Source: Planktothrix sp. GU0601_MAG3 | Lineage (GTDB): Bacteria; Cyanobacteriota; Cyanobacteriia; Cyanobacteriales; Microcoleaceae | DNA: 64,000 nt | Reading direction: 5' to 3' | Assembly: GCA_035193785.1 (NCBI GenBank) | Contig: CP136572.1 | Span: forward strand, 3,764,578 to 3,828,577 | Part shown: positions 1 through 12,894 of the stretch, piece after piece | How positions within the stretch are numbered: the first letter of the stretch is position 1 | How the letters are laid out: every line of letters starts with the position of its first letter | The notes under the pieces: generated by a model | Told to the model about the DNA's origin: nothing | What the model saw: only the letters and a program-made list of their open reading frames with translations | Database searches by the model: none | Position numbers and translations under genes: made by a program

Positions 1-55
1 GTAATGCAGCAGAAGTCTAACTCAACTTCTAACTCGAAATTACCAACTTCTAAGG

Positions 56-766
56 ATGAAACCTACTGCTCTCAATGAAAATACCGGGTTTATGTTAACT
101 TCCGAAAAAATAGGTGAACAAATTCGGGAAAGGAAACAACGGTTAGCGAAGAAAAAATCAGGCCCCATGGGAGGGGATAAGGATGTTTATGACCAAACTG
201 CTTTAGTGAGTGGTTTAAGTTCTACCCAAGGCGCTCCAGTCAGCATGATCCATGATTCTGGTACTAATAATAAATCTAATAATAAATTTAATTCTACTTC
301 TGTCCCTGTAAATTCATCCTCAAAATGGAATGAAAACGCCTTAAAAACCGCTTATATAAAGGGCAGACGGGATTTTGCAGACTGTGAATTAAGTGGTTTG
401 AATTTAGAAAATTTTGATGGGTCTGGGGCTAATTTTTACGAATCCCGTTTAAGTAATACTAATTTTCAAGGAGCCGATTTAACAGAGGCTAATTTTGGTC
501 GAGCAAGATTGACAAATGTTAATTTCAGAAATGCTAAATTAGTTAAGGCTTATATGAGTAATGCTAATTTAGAACGGGCAGATCTTCGGGGTGCAAATTT
601 GAAAAATGCCTGTTTAAATCGGGCTAATTTGCGAGGGGTGAATCTCTGTGGTGCTAATCTGACCGATGCCATTGTCACCGATGAACAATTAGCCATGGCT
701 AAAATGAATGGGCGCACGATTAGACCGAACGGAAAACGAAAAGGTTGGTGGTGGTTCTGGTTTTAA
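56..766 (+). CDS. Pentapeptide repeat protein
   Basis: C-terminal A(D/N)LxxA repeats (GADLTEANFGRARLTNVNFRNAKL) preceded by AYIKGRRDF; the true start could lie upstream. Confidence 0.85.
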   Translation: MKPTALNENTGFMLTSEKIGEQIRERKQRLAKKKSGPMGGDKDVYDQTALVSGLSSTQGAPVSMIHDSGTNNKSNNKFNSTSVPVNSSSKWNENALKTAYIKGRRDFADCELSGLNLENFDGSGANFYESRLSNTNFQGADLTEANFGRARLTNVNFRNAKLVKAYMSNANLERADLRGANLKNACLNRANLRGVNLCGANLTDAIVTDEQLAMAKMNGRTIRPNGKRKGWWWFWF

Positions 767-857
767 AGCCGGGTAAGCTGCACAAATATTTTAACAATAT
801 TGAAATTTCTGATAATATATAAGGTGTCTTACCCCCTGAATTGAAAACAATAGAAGT

Positions 858-2954
858 ATGAGTTCCACAATCACAGAAAACCCACTATTAATTGGTCAGG
901 GATTACCCCCTTTTGCACAGATTACCCCCGATCATGTTGTCCCTGGGATCACGCAACTGTTAACAGCATTAGAACGGGATCTTACCGAGTTAGAAAATAA
1001 TGTACAACCCACTTGGAAGGATTTAGTTGAACCTTTAGAAAAACTACAGGAACGGTTAACCTGGAGTTGGGGAATTGTCGGTCATTTAATGGGAGTTAAA
1101 AATAGTCCTGAATTGAGAACAGCCCATGCAACGGTTCAGCCTAATATTGTTCAATTTATCAATAAACTCAATCAAAGTAAAGCAATTTATCAGGCTTTTA
1201 AACAGTTAAAAAATAGCGATGAATGGGATAATTTGGATTCGGCTCAACAACGAATTATTAATACCGCCCTGCGAGATGCCGAATTATCTGGAGTTGGATT
1301 AGAAGGCGAAGATCGCGATCGCTTTAATGCCATTCAGTTAGAATTAGCCGAGCTTTCTACTAAGTTTTCTAATCACGTTTTAGATGCGACAAAAGCCTTT
1401 AGTTTAACCCTAACAACACCGGAAGAAATTGCCGGACTACCCCCAAGTTTACTCAGTTTAGCTGCTCAAGCCGCCCGTTCTTCGGGGTCAGAAAATGCCA
1501 CCGCCGAAAACGGCCCCTGGAAGATTACTTTAGATTTACCCAGTTTCGGCCCCTTCTTAAAATATAGTCAGAGGAGAGACCTACGGGAACAGGTTTATCG
1601 CGGTTATATTAGTCGGGCGTCGAGTGGAGAATGGAATAATTTTCCCTTAATTGAACGAATTTTAGAACTCAAAAAACAGAAAGCTAATATTCTCGGTTTC
1701 AGTAGTTTTGCCGAACTGAGTTTAAAGAGCAAAATGGCTCCCGATGTGGAAGCCGTAGAAGCCTTATTAGAAGAATTACGCCTTGTCAGTTATCAAGCAA
1801 CTCAACAGGAATTTGAAGATTTAAAAGCCTTTGCACGGTCAAAAGGAGCCGCAGAAGCCGATAATTTAAAACATTGGGATATTGGTTTTTGGTCAGAGCG
1901 ACAACGGGAGGAAAAATTTGCCTTTACGGATGAAGAATTACGGCCCTATTTTGCTTTACCCCAAGTCTTAGATGGGTTATTTGGATTAGTGCAACGTATC
2001 TTTGGAATCACGATTACTCCCGCCGATGGTCAAGCTCCGATTTGGCATCCAGAAGTGCGCTATTTTCAAGTAGTTAATGCCAGTGGAAATCCCATCGCAT
2101 TTTTCTATTTAGATGCCTATAGTCGCCCCGCAGAGAAACGCGGAGGAGCCTGGATGGATGACTGTATTAACCGGGCTAAATTCGTCGAAAATGGCGAAAC
2201 TCAAGTCCGATTACCCGTGGCTTATTTGCAATGTAATCAAACACCCCCGGTGGATGATAAACCCAGTTTAATGACCTTTGGAGAGGTGGAAACCCTATTT
2301 CATGAATTTGGTCACGGTCTGCAACATATGTTAACCACCGTTGACTATCCTGGGGCTGCGGGAATTAATAATGTGGAATGGGATGCGGTGGAATTGCCTA
2401 GCCAATTTATGGAAAATTGGTGTTATGATCAAGCCACATTATTTGGTATGGCAAAACATTATCAAACCGGAGAAACCTTACCCGAACATTACTATCAAAA
2501 GTTATTAGCGGCTAAAACCTATATGAGTGGGACAGCCATGTTAAGACAGCTACATTTTGCCTTTGTGGATATTGAATTGCATCACCGTTATCAACCCGGA
2601 GGCAATGAAACTATTAGCGATGTTCGTAACCGAATTGCCGAGAATACTATGGTTTTAAAACCCATAGCTGAAGATGCGTTTTTATGCGCCTTTGGTCATA
2701 TTTTTGCCGGGGGTTATGCCGCCGGATATTATAGTTATAAATGGGCAGAAGTATTAAGTGCTGATGCCTTTGCCGCCTTTGAAGAAGCCGGATTAGATAA
2801 TGAAAATGCGGTGTCTGAAACGGGGCAACGCTTCCGAGATACGGTATTAGCCCTAGGGGGAAGTTTGCATCCGATGGAAGTATTTAAAGCCTTCCGAGGA
2901 CGGGAACCGAGCACAAAACCTTTATTAATTCATAGTGGTTTAGTTGCGGCTTAG
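858..2954 (+). CDS. prlC: Oligopeptidase A (M3 metallopeptidase)
   Basis: HEFGH zinc motif, KRGGAWM, VEWDAVELPSQFMENW, GYAAGYYSYKWAEVLSADAF. Confidence 0.93.
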   Translation: MSSTITENPLLIGQGLPPFAQITPDHVVPGITQLLTALERDLTELENNVQPTWKDLVEPLEKLQERLTWSWGIVGHLMGVKNSPELRTAHATVQPNIVQFINKLNQSKAIYQAFKQLKNSDEWDNLDSAQQRIINTALRDAELSGVGLEGEDRDRFNAIQLELAELSTKFSNHVLDATKAFSLTLTTPEEIAGLPPSLLSLAAQAARSSGSENATAENGPWKITLDLPSFGPFLKYSQRRDLREQVYRGYISRASSGEWNNFPLIERILELKKQKANILGFSSFAELSLKSKMAPDVEAVEALLEELRLVSYQATQQEFEDLKAFARSKGAAEADNLKHWDIGFWSERQREEKFAFTDEELRPYFALPQVLDGLFGLVQRIFGITITPADGQAPIWHPEVRYFQVVNASGNPIAFFYLDAYSRPAEKRGGAWMDDCINRAKFVENGETQVRLPVAYLQCNQTPPVDDKPSLMTFGEVETLFHEFGHGLQHMLTTVDYPGAAGINNVEWDAVELPSQFMENWCYDQATLFGMAKHYQTGETLPEHYYQKLLAAKTYMSGTAMLRQLHFAFVDIELHHRYQPGGNETISDVRNRIAENTMVLKPIAEDAFLCAFGHIFAGGYAAGYYSYKWAEVLSADAFAAFEEAGLDNENAVSETGQRFRDTVLALGGSLHPMEVFKAFRGREPSTKPLLIHSGLVAA

Positions 2955-2955
2955 T

Positions 2956-3085
2956 AATCAGTCATCAGTGTAGAGACGTGCCATGGCGCGTCTGTACCAG
3001 TCATCAGTTTAATAGTTATCAGTTAAGAAGTTAATAAATCAACTATTAACTGTTAATAGTTAACTGATGACTGATGACTGACCAC
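2956..3085. repeat. STRR-like heptamer inverted array plus a GTAG REP-like palindrome between convergent genes
   Basis: CAGTCAT/CAGTTAT units on the left and ACTGATG units on the right; GTAGAGACGTGCCATGGCGCGTCTGTAC at about 2970-2997. Confidence 0.7.
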
Positions 3086-3088
3086 AGC

Positions 3089-5240
3089 TTATTCCAAGAA
3101 TAAATTAGGATCGGGTGCATTATTTCCACCACTGGGGGCGGGTTCCGGTGCAGGTTCAGCCGGGGCGGGTTTCCGGCGGGGCGGGTGCGATTTCCTGAGC
3201 CGGAGGTGCTGCGGGTTCGGAATAACTAGGTGCGGAATTGTTAGAATAGCCTGAATCATCCGAGTAGCTAGGTTCAGAATAACTAGGCTCGGAATAACTA
3301 GGCTCGGAATAACTGGGTTCGGAATAACTGGGTTCGGAATAACTGGGTTCGGAATAACTGGGTTCGGAATAGTTAGAATAGCCCGAATCATCCGAGTAGG
3401 AATCTTGATATACGGGACGGGCGGACTCCGGGGGGGCCTGTTGTACCGCCACCGCCGCATCCCTTTCGGCTGCCCAACCTGCCACCGCCCCTTGAGCTTC
3501 AGAATATAATGCCCGACCATAGCGAATTTGAGAAGCTTCGGCGATCGCCCCACTCAGATTTCCCTTTTTCGCTAAATTATAAGCTCGATCCAAAATTGGC
3601 CGATCTTCGGCGGTTTGAACCGTGGCTACCCAACCAGAAACCTTATCCTGTGCCTGCTTATACAGCGCTCGACGGCTGCCAATTTTGGAAGCCTTATCAA
3701 TTGCCGCACTCAGGTTACCCGCCTTGGCCAAGGCTAAAGCTTCATTCAGAATAGGTTGATCTTCAATAATCTCAATCCGTTTGTTCCATTCGGCAATTAA
3801 AGTTTGGGCTTCCACCCGCAGGGGACGGCCCAGGGCCACCTGAAGGGCTTGTTGTACCGCCAGGGAATATCCTTGGGGGGTTTCCGTCTGGGCTAACCGT
3901 TGGGCTAAGGCCAGATAGGGTCGATCCTCAAGACGTTGGATTTCCTTACGCCAATAGGCGACTAGGGTTTGAGCATGAACCCGCCGAGGCTGTTGGGGGG
4001 TAATCATTTGAGCTTGATCAATCGCCAATTCTAAGGCAAAAGGATGCTGAACCGTTGCCACCGCCGTCGCCAACTGTAAATTAATTAGATCTTGGATTTG
4101 TCCCGAGATTTCTTTGGGGGTGACTTTGGCTTCCTCATAGGGAAGGGGCCGATTGCCCATTTGCTCGAGGGTTGCTTGTCCTTCCCGCAGAATCGCTATT
4201 TGTTGCCAAATGGGTTTGCTACTGGCTTGATTCCAACTGAGGGCTTTCACTTGCGCCATTAATATTAAATTTTGCGCTTCTGAATATAAAGGGGAATAGT
4301 TAGGAACTAAACCCGCAATTTTTGTCAGACCGTCTATATTTTTTTCCTTTAATTGTTTAGCGGCTAAATCGAGTAAAGATCGACTCCAATTTTTAATTTC
4401 TTTAATTGCACCCGCTTGAATATAAAGTTTCTGATCAATTTGATGGGCTAAGGCGATCGCTTCGGCTAATTTTTCTGGGGTGTTTTCCTTAGCCAACTCC
4501 CGGGCTTCATTCAGACGTTGATTCCCTTGACGCTCCAAACTCAAACGATCCATAACTTCATTAAAGCGTTTTTCACTCCAATGACTATTATTTAATTTAG
4601 ATAAAGCCTGGGCATATTCAAAAGTTTTACTCCAATCTAATGCCTTCATTGCTGCTTGGGCTTTGTCATAAATTTTTTGCCCTTGATCCCAATTATTTTT
4701 CCATCCCTCAATGGCAACAGCAACCAACTCATAGGCGGGGGTATTTTTCGGGACAATATTAACAATCGCTAAGGCATCCTCTAAATTTCCCGTTTCAATC
4801 TTCTGCTCTGCAATAGTAATTAAAGTTTGTGACCACTCCTTCATTTTTTGCTGGGCGAGTCCCTGGAGGGGATGGTCAGCCGGCCAACTAGCAATTAGGG
4901 CAAAAGCTCGACGTAAGGGTTCAATTTTGCCCGACTTTGTGGCTACATCAGCACAATACAAATGTTCGCTATCGGGAGATAGGGACGAAATATCCTCACA
5001 GTTTGGGACGGGTGGCATTGTCAATAACCACAATAACGCCCCTGTCCCCATCGTCCCAAATCCCAGTAAGACAATTAGCCACAGAAACGGCCATCCCCAA
5101 AACCAAGCCGGAAGTTTCAACGGAATTTTTTTCTGGGTCTTTGCTGTTTCCTCTACCGGGGTTTCTAAAGCATTTTCCGATAGAGTGGGACTCGAAACTT
5201 CCTCATTGGGTTTCCGATGGAGAGACATGGGTTTTGTCAA
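3089..5240 (-). CDS. Conserved cyanobacterial single-TM alpha-helical repeat protein with a YSEPS/Pro-rich tail; one frameshift near the C-terminus
   Basis: N-terminal TM, repeated helical modules (EDRPIL...). Removing one base at 3169-3173 (GTTTC to GTTC) joins PPE-PAPAEPAPE...PNLFLE*. Confidence 0.75.
3215..3400 (-). repeat. 15-bp coding tandem repeat (YSEPS)n
   Basis: CGGAATAACTGGGTT-like units repeated about 7 times, flanked by duplicated YSDDSGYSN. Confidence 0.9.
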
Positions 5241-5558
5241 ACTGTGGCATTGTCATGACTTCGCCTTATTCGGTACGATCCTTTAAAGTTGCCTTATTGA
5301 CATCCTTACCGCCCTAAAAGTGGGACAATTCCTAAACCTCGTGATTTAGGTTTGGTGCTTTTTTGCAACTGTCTCCACATTCTAATACAAAGTCTAACTA
5401 GGAAGTTAGAGATTTTAGACCTAATTTTTCGATAATAGTGGGAAGGATTGATATATCCCCGAGTATTTGTGGTGCTGTTATTCAAACCTCTGTTTGCCCC
5501 AGAGTAGCTTAAACTAAGAAGATGTATCCTCTAAATACCCATCTTTATATTATCAGTA

Positions 5559-8115
5559 GTGACAATGATCACCGCCCCATGCAATCCAATTCTCTCAATT
5601 CCTCTTGTTCTCTCCTCGATTCCAATTTTAATTGAAAGTGTTATACCAGACATTTTCAATATTCTATTTAATGGGTCTAGTTTTATTCCCCATGGTCATT
5701 GCTTTCTGTGGAAACCAGGACTGGTGTGGATGCACGTTAGTTCTGATTCCATGATTGCTTTAGCCTATCTTTCTATTTCCATTACTTTGGTTTATTTCGT
5801 CCATAAATCCCGTCGAGCAATTCCTTTTCATTGGATGTTTTTAGCCTTTGGCACTTTTATTATTGCCTGTGGAATTACTCACGTTATGGAGGTATGGACA
5901 CTCTGGCATCCGATGTATTGGTTATCGGGAATAATTAAAGTGATTACGGCTTTTGTTTCCATCGTCACCGCTTTGGCCTTACCCCCTTTAGTTCCCCAGG
6001 CTCTAGGCTTAATTGAAACGGCTCATCTCTCGGAACAACGTCATCAAAATTTAGAGGTTGCCAATCAAAAATTAGAAATTCTTTACGGTCAACTCAAGGA
6101 ATTAGATCACCTCAAAACTCAGTTTTTTGCCAATATGAGTCATGAACTGAGAACTCCTCTTACTCTAATTCTGGGGCCAACGGAACAACTATTAAGCTCA
6201 CCAGAAATTACTCCAAAACATCATAAAAATATTAAAATTATTGAACAAAATGCTCGGTTATTACTGAAACAAGTTAATGATTTATTAGATGTTTCAAAAC
6301 TAGCGGAAGGTCAAATGCAGCTTCACAATAGTTCTGTGGATGTTGCTAATTTGGTGCGCGTAATGGCTGCAAATTTTGAGGGTTTAGCACAGCAAAAAAA
6401 TATAGAATTTGTTGTCCATACACCCGATTCGATTTTTGTAGAAATAGACGGAGAAAAAATAGAGAGAGTTTTATTAAATCTACTTTCAAATGCCTTTAAA
6501 TTTACATCCCAAGGCGGTAATATTCATTGCGGTTTATCCCTTTTCGAGAAAAATAATTCCCCTTGGGCAATGTTGCAGGTTCAAGATAATGGAATTGGGA
6601 TTCCCCCGGAACTGAGACAGGCAATTTTTGAACGGTTTCGTCAAGTTGATACGGGTTTGAGTCGGCAATTTAATGGTACGGGATTAGGACTAGCCATTGT
6701 TAAGGAATTTGTGGAACTTCAAGGCGGAAACTGTTACCGTGGAGGAAGCACCCCAGGGTGGAGCATTATTTATCGTCGAGTTCCCCTTAAAAATGATCTC
6801 TGAAACGGTGAATGAATCTTCAATTTATACTCCGATTATAGAGGATAATAAAAAGATTCAACCTTGGTTAGATGAACTAAACATTTTAGTATCTGACCAG
6901 CCTTTATCCCAGTCTTTTCAACCCGAAAAACCTTTGGTATTAGTGGTGGAAGATAATCCAACCATGAGTCACTTTGTCTGCACAACTTTAGCCTCGGACT
7001 ATAATACCGCCATTGCGACTAATGGAGAGGAAGGTTTATATCAAGCACTCGCCCTTCATCCCGATTTAATTATTAGTGATATTATGATGCCGGGCATGAG
7101 TGGGGATGAAATGGTACGGAAAGTTCGTACTTACCCAGAACTGAATATTACTCCCATTGTGATCTTAACTGCTAAAACAGATGATGAATCTCGGGTACAA
7201 TTGTTACAAAAAGGGGCGCAGGATTATTTAATGAAACCCTTTTCTGTGGAAGAATTACGGGCAAGGGTCAGCAATTGGATTATCATTAAACGGACAAGAG
7301 ATTTATTGCAGCAGGAATTAGCCACACAAAGTTTTGATTTAGAAACCTTAGCCCATGAATTAGCATTAAGAAAACGAGAATTACAACTAGCTTTAATCGA
7401 ACTACAAAAACAAACGGAAGAATTAACCGAAGCAAATAAGTTAAAAAATGAGTTTTTAGCCATCGTTTCCCATGAGTTAAGAACGCCTTTAAATGTTATT
7501 TTGGGTTGGTTATATCTCTTGCGTACCCGTTCTTTGCCCACGGAACGTTCCCAAATTGCTTTAGAAACCATGGAACGGAATGCTAAAGCTTTGACTAAAT
7601 TAATTAAAGATTTATTAGATATTTCTAATTTATTACAGGGGAAAACTAAAATTAATTTGAGTTCGGTTAATTTACAGTCGGTGATTCAATCGGTTTTACA
7701 AACATTTGAACCCTTGGCAATAACGAAGGGAATTGAACTACAAATAAAAATAGATGAATCCGTAGATAGTGTGGCTGGAGACCAGGAACGAATACAACAA
7801 ATTATAGAGCATCTTGTGGATAATGCAATTAAATTTACACCCCCAGGAGGAATGGTAACCATCAGTTTAACCGCTAATTCAACTCAAGCCTGTATTCAAA
7901 TTCAAGATACCGGTCAAGGAATTCCCCGGGATTCTTTATTATCTATTTTTGAATCTTTTCGACAAGCTGATAGTTCCATAACTCGACAACATGGAGGATT
8001 AGGGTTAGGATTAGCGATTGTCAAACAGTTAGTGACATTGCAGCAAGGAACGGTTAAAGCTGAAAGTGAAGGAGAGGGAAAAGGATCTACTTTTACTATT
8101 AATTTTTCCTTGTAG
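5559..8115 (+). CDS. Hybrid histidine kinase: ethylene-receptor-like TM sensor + HisKA/HATPase + REC + second HisKA/HATPase; one frameshift at 6727
   Basis: FIPHGHC...FIIACGITH, two SHELRTPL H-boxes, REC domain (VEDNP...ISDIMMPGMSG), G-boxes. The ORFs join as QGG-TVTVEE after deleting one A in GAAAC. Confidence 0.88.
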
Positions 8116-8166
8116 AAATCTTCCTATTTAGCCTCTTTATAATTCCACTAATTAGTAATTTTAATT

Positions 8167-8451
8167 ATGAAACGCTTAGAACAATATACTGCTAAACGCC
8201 CTCAAGAAGTTTTAATTGTTAAAATTGAAATTGATGGCGAATTTGATGAAATTGCGATTTTTAAAGGATTTTCTAGTTCCTTAATGCGCCCTACTGCTTT
8301 TGATCCTGATATTCCTGTTATTCCTAATACGGCTAAAATCCTGGAAATTGATCGTCTATCGAGTCCCTACAATCCCACCAATCCCCATTATATTCAACAG
8401 GGATTAACCTGGGAAATGATGCAGGAATTATTAACAGAATTGGGACTATAA
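8167..8451 (+). CDS. Conserved cyanobacterial/plastid small hypothetical protein
   Basis: FKGFSSSLMRPTAFDPD...IDRL..PYNP motif. Confidence 0.75.
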   Translation: MKRLEQYTAKRPQEVLIVKIEIDGEFDEIAIFKGFSSSLMRPTAFDPDIPVIPNTAKILEIDRLSSPYNPTNPHYIQQGLTWEMMQELLTELGL

Positions 8452-8465
8452 ACACAACGAGGATC

Positions 8466-8612
8466 AGAAACCGGGTTTCTCAATTTATCTTTCTATTGAT
8501 AGCAAAAATTATAGCAGAAACCCGGTTTCTTGGAGGTGTGGGTGAGAGTCAGAAACCGGGTTTCTTAATTTATCTTTCTGTTAGCAAAGGTTAAGACAGA
8601 AACCCGGTTTCT
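8466..8612. repeat. Two tandem copies (62-65 bp) of an AGAAACCGGGTTTCT...AGAAACCCGGTTTCT inverted-repeat element
   Basis: Copies at 8466-8530 and 8551-8612; each end is a 15-bp palindrome. Confidence 0.85.
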
Positions 8613-8689
8613 TGAATTTATTGATCCGAACAGAAGCAATTACGGCTATAATTATAAATTAGCATTGTCATCTATCCCTAGGCTTAAAC

Positions 8690-10096
8690 ATGAGTAAATG
8701 CCTTAACCCCGATTGTTTACAAACCAACTCTAAAACAGTCTTTTGTCAAAAGTGTGGTTCTAAATTACTGTTAACAGATCGATATCGGGCTTTAGAAATA
8801 TTAGGACAAGGAGGTTTTGGTCGAACGTTTCTAGCGGTTGATGAGCATAAACCTTCTCAACCCTATTGTGTAATTAAACAATTTTTACCCCAAGCTCAAG
8901 GTACGAATAATCAAGAAAAAGCGGGAGAACTTTTTAAACAAGAAGCGATACAATTAGAACATTTAGGCAAACATCAACAAATTCCTGAATTATTCGCCTA
9001 TTTAACCCAAGATAACCGTCAATATCTCGTTCAAGAATATATTGAAGGGCAAAATTTAGCTCAAGAATTAGCTCAAGCTGGGGCATTTTCAGAAACTAAA
9101 ATTATTAATTTGTTAGAGGATTTATTACCTATTTTAGCGTTTATTCATCAAAGAAAGATAATTCATCGAGATATTAAACCGGAAAATATTATTAGAAACA
9201 AGAGCGATAATAAATTATTTTTAGTGGATTTTGGAGCAGCTAAAGCAGCTACTATAACGGCGTTAGCGGTCACAGGAACAGTTATTGGTTCAGCCCAATA
9301 TACTGCACCCGAACAAGCGATGGGAAAACCGATCTTTGCTAGTGATTTATATAGTTTAGGGGTAACTTGTATTCATTTATTAACTAATATTGAACCGTTT
9401 AATTTATTTGATAGTGGTGAATGTGATTGGGTTTGGCGAGATTATTTAAAGATTAAAGTCAATAATACTTTGGGTCAAGTCTTAGATAAACTTTTACAAC
9501 AGGGAACAAAAAAACGTTTTCAAACTGCTCAAGAAGTATTAGAAGCATTACAATTAACCCAAAAACCGATATCACCACCAACACCCCAACCCAATATAGA
9601 ATTAAAGTCAGCTAAAGGCGTTAATTATCGTCAATTAGAACAACTTTTGAAAGCCGGAAACTGGAAAGAAGCTGACCAAGAAACGGCTAATAAAATGATT
9701 GAAGTAGCTGGAAGAACAAAGGAGGGATATTTAAGCGTTAAAGATATTGATACTTTTCCCTGTGAGGATTTACGAATCATTGACCAACTTTGGGTAAAAT
9801 ATAGCAATGGACGCTTCGGCTTTTCGGTACAGAAGCGCATCTATCAAAGTCTGGGAGGAACTCAGAATTATGATCCTAAAGTCTGGGAAAGGTTTTGTGA
9901 TCAGGTGGGTTGGCGTGTGAATGGTCAGAAATGTATTTGGTATCAATTAAAATTTAATCAGACAGCACCTGTTGGCCACCTTCCCACGGGCGGTGAAGTT
10001 GTGCAATTTCGTGAAGGGGAGGTTTGGTTTTTTTTGGATGCTTGGGTTGGTTGGTTTCCTTCTCTCGCATCAAGACTTGTAGACTTTAATATATAA
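8690..10096 (+). CDS. Ser/Thr protein kinase with N-terminal Cys motif and C-terminal GUN4-like domain
   Basis: CLNPDC...CQKCG, GQGGFGRT, HRDIKPEN, DFG, APE; GUN4 motifs WKEADQET, IDQLWVKYSNGRFGFSVQ and GHLP. Confidence 0.92.
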   Translation: MSKCLNPDCLQTNSKTVFCQKCGSKLLLTDRYRALEILGQGGFGRTFLAVDEHKPSQPYCVIKQFLPQAQGTNNQEKAGELFKQEAIQLEHLGKHQQIPELFAYLTQDNRQYLVQEYIEGQNLAQELAQAGAFSETKIINLLEDLLPILAFIHQRKIIHRDIKPENIIRNKSDNKLFLVDFGAAKAATITALAVTGTVIGSAQYTAPEQAMGKPIFASDLYSLGVTCIHLLTNIEPFNLFDSGECDWVWRDYLKIKVNNTLGQVLDKLLQQGTKKRFQTAQEVLEALQLTQKPISPPTPQPNIELKSAKGVNYRQLEQLLKAGNWKEADQETANKMIEVAGRTKEGYLSVKDIDTFPCEDLRIIDQLWVKYSNGRFGFSVQKRIYQSLGGTQNYDPKVWERFCDQVGWRVNGQKCIWYQLKFNQTAPVGHLPTGGEVVQFREGEVWFFLDAWVGWFPSLASRLVDFNI

Positions 10097-10133
10097 GGCT
10101 TACAGATTTTCGTAAAAATTTATCGCATCAATT

Positions 10134-10384
10134 GAATGTAGGGGCGGGTTCGCCGGGATTTTTGTTAATAATAATTAACCTAAATAAACCCGCCCAACCC
10201 CTGAATGTAGGGGCGGGTTCGCCGGGATTTTTATTAATAATAATTAACCTAAATAAACCCGCCCAACCCCATAATAGGAATCAATATAAACCCGGTTTTA
10301 TTAACGTTAAATTTTGGTGGGGTGGGGGCGGGTTTATCAAGATTATTTGTCAGATTTGAAAGATTTTGTCGAACCCGCCCCTAC
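10134..10384. repeat. GTAGGGGCGGG...CCCGCCC REP-like hairpin elements (two tandem 69-bp copies and one inverted relative)
   Basis: Near-identical units starting about 10134 and 10203; third element at 10321-10384 ending AACCCGCCCCTAC. Confidence 0.85.
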
Positions 10385-10451
10385 GGGTTTTATTTTAATA
10401 ATTGGGTTTTAAAGTTGTTCGCAAATTATTAAGTGATCGGAGGTTTGATAA

Positions 10452-10760
10452 ATGAAAAATGATATTTTTGATCAGTTTCTTGGTTTCTTACAAAATTTAG
10501 ATCAACAAGAAATTAGCTATTCTCTAGCTCATCATCGGGATGAGGCGATTATGGTGAGTGTTGCGCTTCCTGGGGAGCGTTGGGAAGTTGAATTTTTGAA
10601 TGATGGATCTGTCGAGATTGAAAGATTTATTAGTCAAGGCGAAATATCGGGAGAAGAAGCTTTAAATGAATTATTTTCTCGATATTCAGATCCAGAGGAT
10701 GTTTCTATTGAGACTTGGGTGGTGAAATCTACCCAAAGAATCAGAAACCGGGTTTCTTAA
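10452..10760 (+). CDS. Small acidic hypothetical protein
   Basis: GGAGG RBS upstream; AIMVSVALPGERWEVEFLNDGSVEIERFIS. The C-terminus is uncertain because it runs into a repeat. Confidence 0.7.
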   Translation: MKNDIFDQFLGFLQNLDQQEISYSLAHHRDEAIMVSVALPGERWEVEFLNDGSVEIERFISQGEISGEEALNELFSRYSDPEDVSIETWVVKSTQRIRNRVS

Positions 10761-10807
10761 TTGAGCTTTCTGTTAATAGCAAAGGTTATTGCAGAAACCC
10801 GGTTTCT
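10743..10807. repeat. AGAAACCGGGTTTCT-family inverted-repeat element between convergent genes
   Basis: Same termini and similar spacer as 8551-8612. Confidence 0.85.
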
Positions 10808-10813
10808 TGTTTA

Positions 10814-11228
10814 TTATTCGACAACACCGCCAGCCGCTTGTAACCGCGCTCTGGATCTTTTAATTGCTTTTGTCGCTTTAATTTTGGCTTTTTTAGAATC
10901 AGCCGCTTCCGCCGCTTCTAAATCAGCTTGAGCTTGAGCATAGGCGGTACGGGCTGCTTCTAAATTAATAGTATCACCCCGTTCTGCACCATTCACCAAG
11001 ATGGTGACTTCATTGGCTTCCACTTCAGCAAACCCACCCATCAAGGCAATGGGAGTCCATTTGTTCTTCGAGCGAACCCGCAGAAACCCCGGTATCTAAG
11101 GCGGTTAGCAGGGGAGCGTGACCCGTCAGAATACCCACTTGGCCCGTTGTACTCGGAAGAATCACCTCATCAGCATTTTCATCCCAGACCGTCCGATCTG
11201 GAGCGATTACACGCACAGTTAATGTCAT
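10814..11228 (-). CDS. atpC: ATP synthase F1 epsilon subunit; frameshift at 11083
   Basis: [16 protein letters not shown]...[17 protein letters not shown]; repair gives DTGV-LRVR...MGGFAEVE. Confidence 0.95.
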
Positions 11229-11317
11229 TTGTCAAGAGGTAATAAAATATTATCGAGATCAAAAATTATTGTTGTTGGGCTTTGGTAAGAGGGCTAAAGC
11301 CCAACAACTGGTGAAAC

Positions 11318-12782
<1,465 letters not shown>

Positions 12783-12894
12783 TTAATACAAGTTGATTCC
12801 GATTTGTCTCGGATAAGCTTTAGAAGAATTTAATATTGCCATCTTTTAGGGTATCACTCAAGCGTGATCACTTGATCATGACTGCCCTTTGATT

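Noticed and set aside
3089..3553. 154-aa ORF with VIPNP repeats, and other overlapping or antisense ORFs in the track (e.g. 13002-13544, 31505-31972, 59765-60010)
   Set aside because: These are shadow frames of well-supported genes; only the last ~26 codons of 3089-3553 are the true C-terminus of the 5240 gene.
10132..10359. 75-aa ORF with an internal duplication
   Set aside because: It is a translation of the tandem REP-like hairpins, with no RBS or coding signal.
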